Positions 17,175 through 27,200 of a stretch of DNA of 64,000 bases are shown here, piece by piece; the first letter of the stretch is position 1, and every line of letters begins with the position of its first letter. Source of the DNA: a virus; the IMG/VR virus record IMGVR_UViG_3300047090_000102, positions 1-64,000 of that record, one strand, 5' to 3'. Made by a program: the position numbers and the translations under genes. Under the pieces are notes generated by a model that worked only from the letters and a program-made list of their open reading frames with translations, searched no databases and was not told the DNA's origin.

Positions 17175-17430
17175 TGAAACTCCGCAGGTCAAGCGTGTCG
17201 CCGCCAGTCGGGTACGGATTCTTGTTCACAAATTGGTCGTACCAGAACGGTGCTTCTTTCCACTGTACCTTACCCCAAGTCTTTAAGTTGATCACGTCAA
17301 TCCGCGCCATGTCTGGGATGAACAGGCGGCGAGCGGGCGCAAAGCTGAATGTGCGGAACGGCCAGACGCGCTGCAACACAGGAGTCGCTGCGGCCAGTCC
17401 GAGCATCTTGAGAAAATTTCGCCTATTCAT
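17161..17430 (-). CDS. protein with Tat-signal-like N-terminus and a capsid-C-terminus-like tail
   Basis: Trimmed to the ATGA-coupled ATG 17430. MNRRNFLKMLGLAAATPVLQRVWPFRTFSF. The C-terminal IDVINLKTWGKVQWKEAPFWY resembles WDLINVKSWGKVKWGNPPFWF in the capsid protein. Confidence 0.55.
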   Translation of the reverse strand: MNRRNFLKMLGLAAATPVLQRVWPFRTFSFAPARRLFIPDMARIDVINLKTWGKVQWKEAPFWYDQFVNKNPYPTGGDTLDLRSFNGPA

Positions 17431-17837
17431 GCTTTCGTCCAGCGGCCCAGCCATGAAGCCGGGAATAGTGATGCAGGAAGTCTCAGCCAGCCAATCAGTT
17501 TTCCGAACTTGGTGACTCGCCAGAATAGGAACTGATCGCCGCGCCAGAATTCAGCCGCCCGATACAGGACGATGGTTGGACGGTCAAAGCCCCAATCTAC
17601 TCCAATCAGCACCGTATCAAGATCAACGCGGCATCCATCACCATAGATCGCTTCCACGAATGGCGCATCAAGCGGATGCGAATAAATCACTAAAGGCTTT
17701 GGCGTTTTGCCGAGATCCGCGATGCACTGATCGGTAAAGGTGCGAAACATTTCGCGGGTGAGGCAGCCACTTGATTCAATCACGTTAGGCGCGGGCGGAA
17801 ATGCGGTGCGGCTTATGTCTGCCCAAGTCTCGCCCAT
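17427..17837 (-). CDS. hypothetical protein
   Basis: ATG start. Shares LIGVDWGF..P......F....D..LFW with 16653..17174. Confidence 0.5.
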   Translation of the reverse strand: MGETWADISRTAFPPAPNVIESSGCLTREMFRTFTDQCIADLGKTPKPLVIYSHPLDAPFVEAIYGDGCRVDLDTVLIGVDWGFDRPTIVLYRAAEFWRGDQFLFWRVTKFGKLIGWLRLPASLFPASWLGRWTKA

Positions 17838-17840
17838 GCT

Positions 17841-18050
17841 CTACCTCACTCCCGGGATAAACACGCTCTTGCGCGCCCATGTCCAGGGCTTCCACCAGAC
17901 GCGGCGACGGACGACAAAACCAAATAGTCTTTCGTTCCACATCATGTAGATGTTGTTTATTTCCTGCTGGAGCCGTAGTACGTCCGCAGAAATAGGAGAC
18001 GGATAAAGCCCTATATCTTGTACGTTGCCGTTCTCGTCAAAGCAGGTCAT
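17841..18050 (-). CDS. hypothetical protein
   Basis: ORF track, ATG start. Confidence 0.45.
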   Translation of the reverse strand: MTCFDENGNVQDIGLYPSPISADVLRLQQEINNIYMMWNERLFGFVVRRRVWWKPWTWARKSVFIPGVR

Positions 18051-18233
18051 AGGTGCAAGTCTTCCGTTACTCCGATTGTAGGCGTGAAGTGACGCCTCGT
18101 TATCTCACGGCAGGAGAGGAGTTCAGGCCCCTCTCCGTTCGCCGTTTCTCGCAATCACATACATTCCGCCTCCCATTGCGATCTCTTCGGAGTAATACAC
18201 GAGGGAAGCCTACCACCAAAAAATAGCCGCCGT

Positions 18234-21200
18234 CTACTGAAATACGCCGTCCCGCAAAGCCTCGGAGCGTTTTACCGGGTCTTTTAACGTCTGTATCTCC
18301 TTCTGAATGTAGATCGGCATGATGACTACCCGCTCCGCCGGCGTGCTTTCCGCCATGACTTTCTTGATCTGGCCCAGAGTGAACCTCGGCAGCATCCGCT
18401 TGAATTCATTGGTCCGCATCTTGAAAAGGATCTTCTTAACATCAGCCTGGGTCAAGTGTCCGCTCGCGATTCTGGCCTTGTTGTCCGTGTACTCCTGCTG
18501 CTCTTCTGGCGTCCGTGGTGGCATCGCCTGTCCTGCGAACCGGTGCATCAGAATCTCTGCCGGGCTCATGCTCTCTGACTTCGGGAACTTGGTGCCCAGT
18601 AGAAGCCGCAGCGCTTCTCTCTTGCCCGCGCCTGGCTCGGTGTCACGCTCGTATTGCTCGTACTGCATCAGTGGGCCGATAGAACTCTTGCCCATGTGCT
18701 CGCCGATCTGTTTCGCTTTCGTCACAGCACTTCCCTCCGGGTTGTAAACAAAGTCGTTCTTGTAGTCACGGTTCTCGATCACATCATGCGCCGCGCGGAT
18801 CAACGTCGACGGCGTGAATTGGGACTGTGCCAGAGAGGAGAACGAACGCTCACCCTTGGCAGTCTCGATCATCTCCGCCGGCAGCTTTGAAAGTCCGAAT
18901 CTGGGCGACTTGGCATTCGGTTCGTTTGTAACTTTCTTCATGAATTGGTCGTAGGCTCCGTATCCCACAGCCACTAGAAGTCCTAACATCGCCAGCATGC
19001 TGAGTGCGTGCCCGCGAGCCTGATCGTCCACTCCGGACTTGAATGCTCCCTCGAAGATGTTCTTGTACGCCTTGAAGCGCCCGAGGTGGTATCCGTTGAA
19101 CCAGGTCAGCCACCGGGTCCGCATGATGTCGCCTAGGAGTTTGGAATCGAGCGGCCGCGTCGGAACTTGGTAGTCGGGGAAAATCTTGTTCGTCTCCCGG
19201 ACCGCTGCCTCCATGCTCATGCCGTCGGCGATCTTTTCATGCACTGACTGCATATACAGAATATCGTTCGAAACGAAAGCTGCGGCGTGACTTGCCCGGC
19301 GGATCGCCTGTACCGGGTCATCGCCCTGACGCAATCCCATGTAGTCCCGCATCTTCTCTTTGAACGGCTTGTTATTTTCCATCATCCCGGTCATCAGTTC
19401 GACGAAGTGCTTATTCAGGTCGGACACGTATTGCTTGTGACTCATCAGGTGGGCGCCCGCGTCCAACGCTCGGATGTAGTCGGCGTCTTTTGTCACTGCG
19501 GACTTTATGGCTTTAGCCATTGTCGACGTTACATTGCCTAAGCCAAGAACGTTGGCGTTTGCCACTGCACCACGGCTGACTACGGCGAAGTCTGCCATGT
19601 TGAGAACATGGAGTAACGGATTCAGCAGGATCGACGTTTGCGCCACGTCCGCGAGTTTGCCCAGAATGCTTGGCGCGTTTTCTTTGTTCAGTTTGTCGGC
19701 GAATCTCTGAAGCACCTCGGCGGTCCTGGGCTCGAACTGGTAGCCTCTGAACTGCGGCAGGTTCGCGATCTCTTTCCATCCGCGAGGGGCATATAGTCCT
19801 TTCTCTGGCAGCATGGCGACACTCGCGAAGGCCGGCGAGGACTTCCACGCATCAAGGAACCGCTTGGCTTCTACGGCCCGGGTGAGTTGCAGGAAATCCG
19901 CCATCGTCGTGGCTACTGGATCCCGGAAATAGGTCAAACCGGTATTTTCCTCAATTTCGTCCTTGGTCGCTTGGGTGATTGACCACTCGCCACGATTATC
20001 GTCAATAAATCGTTTTCCGACAGTAAAGCCCGATGGAGCCTCGCCCGACATAGGAGTAGGCTGGCCGCCGTCCCATCCGGTCACCTGGCCGTCTTTGAAT
20101 GACACTACCCGTCTGGTGCCCTCGCCGTCGTCCAGGGAGTACATGACGCGCTGTTTTAGAGACGCGGCAGTCTTACTGAGTACATTTCCCCGTCCGCTGC
20201 CTCTGGAGCCCTCTGTGGCACGCTGGAGCTGGTTCTGGCGATCGCGGACCACCCGGTGGAGGTACGTGGGGTCAAAGTCTGCCGGGATGTTGGCCTCGCG
20301 CAATTCCTCGTAAAGCGCCTGATTGGCCTCGCGCAGAGGAGTCACGTACTGATCAAGGATTCTCTGCTGCTCTGGGCTGAGCGACGTTGGGCCTGCCTGG
20401 GGAACCAGCAAGGAATCGATATGGCGGTCCACGGCCAGCCGGTCAGCGACCGTGGTGTCTTTGCCGACCTCCTGGAGAGTCTTCGCTGCGGTAATCGCCG
20501 ACCCTTCAAACTTGCGGTCCAGGTCTAAAAGGTTCGTTTCAAGGTTACGGGACTTGGCGAGGTTCTCTTTCCGCTCTGCCCGCGCTTGCCACTTTGATGG
20601 CAGTACGTGGGACTGGATCAAGTCGCGGACAGGTGCTGCCGCTTTGGCTATGGCTTCTACCAGTGGTCTGACGAGAGCGCCGGCTCCGCGTTCAATGACT
20701 GGTGTCGCGTGAGACAGGACTGCTGGTACGTTGAGATTGGCGAATCCACGCTCTCCTTTGCGCTCATCCTCTTTGAGTGAGTACGCTGGCGGTTCTACTG
20801 TAGGCTTTTGGCCTTCTCCGCCCGCATTTTCCTGATCTCGTCCGCGATTGCCCGGCGGCGCGATACCGGTCGGGCCTGCTGCGCTACCTTCGCCAGCCGC
20901 TGTAAGCCCTCGCGTACCTTCTCCGGGTCGGACTGAAAGGGCTGCTCTGTTGGTTTGGAGTCTGACGATTGAGAGTTCATGGAGCTCCTTTGCTCGGTCA
21001 AACATGCCATTCATAATCTCGGCGATCTTTGCGGGACCGTGATGGCGTTCGAGTTCGTTGTAATATTCGGTGAACCAGTCGGCGGCGTCTTCTGGTGATA
21101 GAGTGTTTTCGTCTGCTGCGATCTTGGCTGCCATCTCCGCGACTTTCATGTAATCCGGGTAGGCTTGATAGTAGGAATGCTTCAGTGCTGTGCCGAGTAG

Positions 21201-24200
21201 CTTCTTGGCGACCGGGTGATTCAGTAATCGCGGATAGGCGTCTTCCGGCAGATGCTCGGCAATCTTTCCGGCTCCCAACTCACGTTGTACTCCACCGTGG
21301 AATACCTCTTCTTGGAAGATATGTTCATCCCTCGCGCCAGTGAAGAAGTTCACGCCTTTGGTCTTTGCCTGGGGAGACTTTGCCGCTTGGTCGAAAGCAC
21401 TGGCCAGTGACTCCATGTCCTGCCGTACTTTTGCGTCTGTGGCCATTGGAGCAAAGTTACGCAGGTTCTGTGCAGTTCTTGCGGCCTGTGTGACGCTTAG
21501 ATTGGCTCCAACGATTCCATGCGGCGCACCGATGGCGGAACGTGCCATATCAAACGCGGCAGAGGACAACTCGACGGTCGGCGGAATCGAGCCTACCGAG
21601 GGCCGATACACGGCTTTGATCTCGGTAACTTCAGGAGCGTTCTCTCCAGTACTCTCCCATCCGCTTGGCGATTGCAGCGAGTAGGCTGGCTCTTCCTCCT
21701 CACCTCCCTTCGTCTCTACTTCCGCCGGGTATGTCTTCAGCACCTTGTCGAGGATATTGGCGGCATTGAATCTCTCTGTCCCGCTCATTGGCAGATAGTA
21801 GATCGGCTGTAACCCCTTCTCGTAGACAACACCCATGCTCTTGAGTTGCTCGCCCATTCCATGCCCTGACGGTATGAACTGCACAACCCTGTCACGGCCA
21901 ACACGCCCGCGCACGATTCGAGTCCCGCCCTCCAGCCGATATGGTGTGTTGTTTTCGAGAACATCCTTGATGATCTGGGAGGAGTTGACCGCGCTCTTGT
22001 TGCCGGTGATCTTCGCCAGGAGTTGGGCAATCTGCTCTTTCGGAATCGCCACTCCGACCACGCGCTGGCCGGACTTTGAGTCAACGACGGTGTAGACTTC
22101 AAGCCTCTGGGTCGAATCGTGGATGGCATTCCACCAGTGCATAACCGCGCCGCCGATCAGATGGTTGGGAGTCGTGTTGTGGGCCGGTGCCGCCTCGTAT
22201 TGTTTGCCCCACTCCTCTTTACCCCATGCAATCGGGTCCTTGGTAGCCGCTTCGCTATCGGCCAAGCTCTTCTGCGCACGCTCGAGAGCTTCCTCTTTTT
22301 CCTTGATCGACTCCTCTGTGTAGTATTGCGGATAACGCTCGCGGGATTCCTTGGTGGACTTCAGACTCCACTCTGCCGACTGAACAGAACTCTTCGCCTT
22401 GTCTATGGTCTTCTTGGACCACTCTGATATCTCTTCGAATCCAGGTATGTACGCTGGTTTCTGGTCAGCGCCGTGACCCCATTTACCAATCTCAAGTTTG
22501 TGATTTGCAACCTTTTCCCACTTGCCGTAGTCCGGATACACGACATAAGAGGCTGGCTCCCTGTGGCCGTCTGCTCGTATGATGTCTTTCGCGTCCACTA
22601 CGAACGCCAGTTTCCCATCACCGTTTCGCAGGATGCGCGGATTGAGTTTAGAATCCTGCTTCATCTTCTTTTCAAGTTGCGCGACCGAGAGCCGTTCAGT
22701 ACGAACATCGGCGTCCACTGGATAATAGAATGTCTCGGCCCCGGTCTTAGGATCACGTGCGATCACACGCTGCTCTTTAACAGTGAAAGTGTCTCCGGGC
22801 ATCTGCTTGACGCCGGTATCGAGCGTTCCGTTCTCAATCGCGTCCTTTACCGCTGCTTCAAATATGTCATAGAAATAGTTGTAGGCTCCGTTCTGAACAT
22901 CAGGGTCAAGAGCCAGGAGACGATTGAGCAAGCGGGTCACGTTGACCATGTCGGCGTCGGGCACGGTCGGCGCACCGCCTTGCCCAGTCTTCAACACCTT
23001 TAGGTCTTCCAGTATCTGCATCCCGGTAAGGTTCTTGCCTTTCGATTCTTTAGTCGCGGTCTCCGGCACCTCTGTGTTCTTCAGGAGACTTTGATAAAAC
23101 GCCCTGGTCGCGGCCTTACCCTGGTCGGTCTCGAAGTTGACTTTGTCCATCATCTCCGTGCCTTCGTTCGTCTTGGTCTGGCCTTTGGACAAAGCTTCGA
23201 GGGACCCCAGACGTCGGGCAATGGTCGAGATGAACCGGCTCTCGCCTCCCATATTGGTCTTGAGTAAGGCATATTCTGGAGGTTGAACCTGATTGCTTCG
23301 ATGTGTGCGACCCAGCATCTGCATCGCGCGGTCAGCGCTCCAGCCGACTTGCAAAGTGATATGCAGCCGTTTCTGCTGGTTCTTCATGTCCTTACCAGCA
23401 TGGAGCGAGATCCCGGTACCGCCGGCAGTTGACAGAATTGCTACGCGCTTCTTGCCAGCGTTGAAGTTTCCTTCCTCCACTTTGTTGATCTTGTCGCGCG
23501 CTACACCCGGGTCACCACGAGAGACGAACTTGCTCGTCGTCGGATCGAAGCGTTCTTTGCGTCCGGTGATCTCTGCGACCTTACTGTGACCACCCAGAGA
23601 TTCAACGAGGATATCTAGTGGGTTCGCTGGCATCTGTAGGTTTTGCTTCAGTTCTTTGATGAGTGCATCGCGCTCGGCTACGGCCTGCGGGTTGACCACG
23701 GGAATATCACGCCCGCTTTCGTCCTTCTGTGTCGCCAGAACCTTGATCGGTTTGCCTTCCGAGTCCACATCATCAATCCATTGCTGGGTTGGATAGTGCT
23801 CTTGCACCAAGTCCATCAGCATTTCAGCCGGCCCAAAGTCGTAGTCCGGTATCTCGTCCGTATCCTCGAGTCCCTTAAACTTCAGTTTCTCTCGGTTCTG
23901 TGCGGCCTCGTTCGTGTTGACAAGGCTGATAACGACACTCTTGCCATCGCCCAGCGCCTTGTTAGCTTGCTCGACCGCCGTAGGTATCTTGAGAGTTGTG
24001 AGCAGGACGTTGAAGAACCGTTGCTGGCTCGCGTAGAAGAGAGACATGAAGCGGGATTTCGCGCGACTGCCGCCATTCACCGTGTTCTGGATCGTATCTT
24101 CTACACGCTGTGATACCAGTTTCCACGCCTTGACCGCGCTGCGGTACAAGTCCTTCTGCTCGTCGTTAACCGTGTGCTCGATCTCGGAATACTGCACACC

Positions 24201-27200
24201 TTTATAACTCAAAGTCCGCGATACGTACTTGCCCTGCGACTTCAGTTCTCGCGCGATCATCTCCATGGCACTCATGCCGCCGGCAGAAATCTTAGCGTTG
24301 AACTCTTCAAAGCCACCAGGGAACGGTGTGCCAGCACCCCAGATGCCGAGCCGGTCCATGTATCCCAGGTTTGTCACGTCTGTCGCTGGCGTTGCTGAAA
24401 GGAAGAATGTCCTTAGCTTGGGATTACGTTCGAGGAACTTTTTAACTGTGTCGCCGGTCAGCGACACCTCTTGTTGGCTTCTGGCTACGGCGTTTTTTAA
24501 AGCTTGACAGTTATGGACTAGGAGACCGCCAGCGAAGTAGTTTCTGGTTGCAGTCTCGATATTGTGCACTGTACGGCAGACTCTACGGTTTCCAGGGAAT
24601 CCAGTATCTCCTGGTTCTTGAATCTCATTACAGTCCAGCCTACAGATTGGAGGAACACCTCTTTGCGCCGATCTGCCAGTTTCACCTTTATCGCTTGGTG
24701 TCCCTCTCCGTCCACCTCTATCGCTAACTTCAGTGACGGTTGCGAAATATCCAGTTTGTAGTGAGTCGGCAGTCCAGTCCCGCGATGTGTGTTGGTCGTT
24801 ACCACGAACTCCGTTGGCCACCCCAGCTTCTCTGCCAGCATTCGCTGCCGCAAGGACAGCGGCGTTCCGTTCCCGCCATTGAGATGAGCGAATCCTTTCT
24901 TGCGTGAAGCTTCTAGCGCTACGGCCCTGACTGCTGGACTGCGTAATGGATTCGTTGGGCCGTAAAGATGCTGCTGCATTTTCTCTTGAACGTCCGGGCG
25001 CTTGCGGACTTCTTGAAGAATTGCAGACCACTTCTGCTTTCCTTCTGGAGTTATACGCCTTTTGGCTTTCAATTCCTGATTGTTCATCCGCCACTGTGCC
25101 GAGCACTTCTTCGTACAAAAACGACGTTTTATCGTCCCCCTGATACTGTGAGTAGTACTCCGCTTCGCTACAAATGGCTGCTGGCACAAAGCACAAATGA
25201 GGTTGAAGGGCATCAGGTACAAAGTCTAATAGCGCGACGGTGTCATCGCAAGCCAATTCGTCCGAAGGAACGTATCCACGATTGGCAGTCCAGACTGGGT
25301 GATTGCCGGTCATCGGCGTTTCGTGCACGATTGTAAAATCATTTACGGTCTCACGTCGGAATAGATAAAGTACTGGCGTAGCCTCTATTTCCCCGGTGTC
25401 GTGATTAAATCCCCAAACGCTATCTCCTATGTGTAGTTGCTCGATTGGTACAGGACCGGATGGGGTTTCTATCTTCGTACCAGCAGGAACGCACTCATCG
25501 AAGATAACGTGTGCACCCTCACCCTCATCATTGCCGCGTATCCACTTCTCCAATTGAGCAATGCGCTTGTTGCCTTTTTTGTCCTCGGAACGAAGCAACG
25601 CATACGTAGAAAACATGATCCCTTCATGATCAATCGGAGTTGTGGCCGGCTGCTTCATAAAAGGCTTGATCGTCTTGGAAAGGGTCGTCGCGCCGATACC
25701 GTCGAGGTCGCGGATGGCGTCCTGCATCAAATCCCACTTCTCTGATACCCACACAAGACGGCGTCGCCCTTGGCGCCAATTGTCGAATAACACACCGGCT
25801 GCTTCTCTGCCCTTGCCAACCCCGGTGCCGTCGGAACTAGCGGCTGCGGCACGATGACCGCTTGGCAAAATGATCTGGTTCTGCTGCCCGGCGAGAGCGA
25901 TCGGCTCCATCTGGACTGCGGAAATGCGCCCCTCGGTAACTACAGACTGCGGCAAGCGCGGCTGATATGTAATCTCTGGCAGTGAGACAGTCGCCATAGA
26001 TTTACTTTCGACTATCGGGCCAGGGTGTGTAGAGCCTTTGAGTGTTGGGCGATACGAAACAAAAGCAGACGTGTCCTCAGTCTCCGCTTGTTGCTCGCGG
26101 GCCTCGCGTTCGAGTTGCAGTCCTTGTTTCTCTGCTTCTGTTGCTGGTGGGGCTTTGGGCTTGCCTTCGATGGGCTTACCCAGAAGCGAGGACACTTCCT
26201 GGTGGACTACTTCGAGGTACGGCCGCGCCCATTCGCCCAGGTCGGCGATCATCTTCTTGGACCATGGGTCAAACTGGATTATTCCTTGCTGGAAGTGAAA
26301 TCCGCCGACATCGACCATGTCGTTGATGTCTTCGGGCGTGAGTTCTTTTTCGCCGCCTTCTTCCAAACTGTATGCCGGTGGCTCTTCTCCTTCTGGCTGC
26401 ACCTCACCGCGGCGTGCACGCAGCCGCTTCAGTGCTTCCTCGCGATTGTCGGCCGTGAAGCGTTCGGCAGGTTTGGGCTTCGGAGTTGCAGGCTGTATCG
26501 CGCGGGGTTTCTTGGCCTCTAGTTGCGCCAGTTTCTGTTTTAGCGCTTCGTACTCTGGGCTGCCTGGCTGTGGCTGACCTTCTATTTTCTTGCCGAGCCT
26601 TTCTCCTGCTGCTTTGCGAATTTGTTCGCGGAGTTTTTCGGCTGCACTTACTGTAGACGGTCGTTCAGCGTTGACTGCCGGAGTAGAGCCTCCAGCACCT
26701 CCAGCGGTTTGCACTGGTGTACGAGGTCCTGTTGCAGGTTGAACTTGGGATTGCTGTAGTGGAACTGGTTGATTGCCGACTCCGGCTGCGACTCCTCCAG
26801 GTTGGCCAGGAACTCGTTCAGGTCCACCTGTAGGTTGAATTTCTGCGCCAGTGCCTCGCTCTCCTCGTAGTGGTTGTCCACTGCCTGCTGTGCCAGGAGC
26901 TTTAGATTCTCCCACACCAGTTGCGGCGATTTCTTGCCCAGTGCCTGCTGTGCGGGCGGTTCGAGTCGGGACTGGCCTTGTTTCTGCAACATTCTCAAGG
27001 AGAGTATACGCCTGTTCGAGTGTACTAACATTGCCCTGTACAGTAGAATCCCAGTTTTTTAGGTCACCGCGGTTTGCTTCCCTTTTGAGATAGGCCAGAC
27101 GCCAGCTAGGCTTCCCCTGCAATTCTTGTATTTCATCGGTTATCCGCTTACGGCCGAGCGAGCCCATTCGGGACGGCGTAGAACCGTCCTTGTCGATCAC

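Larger units (their letters stand above)
23079..25961 (-). other. strawberry-notch/SNF2-like helicase domain, interrupted by the intein (within the giant ORF)
   Basis: Walker A GTGVGKGRE (GVGKG at 25809..25823). Motif II HVIFDEC / QALKN is split at 25493/24509. Motif VI QMLGRTHRSNQ at 23289..23321. Confidence 0.75.

Noticed and set aside
18051-18233. Terminator after the giant ORF, suggested by hairpins GGAGAGG..CCTCTCC at 18113-18136 and GGCGT..ACGCC at 18081-18096.
   Set aside because: Neither hairpin is followed by a U-tract on the minus strand. I could not support a terminator call. They may still be RNA structures.
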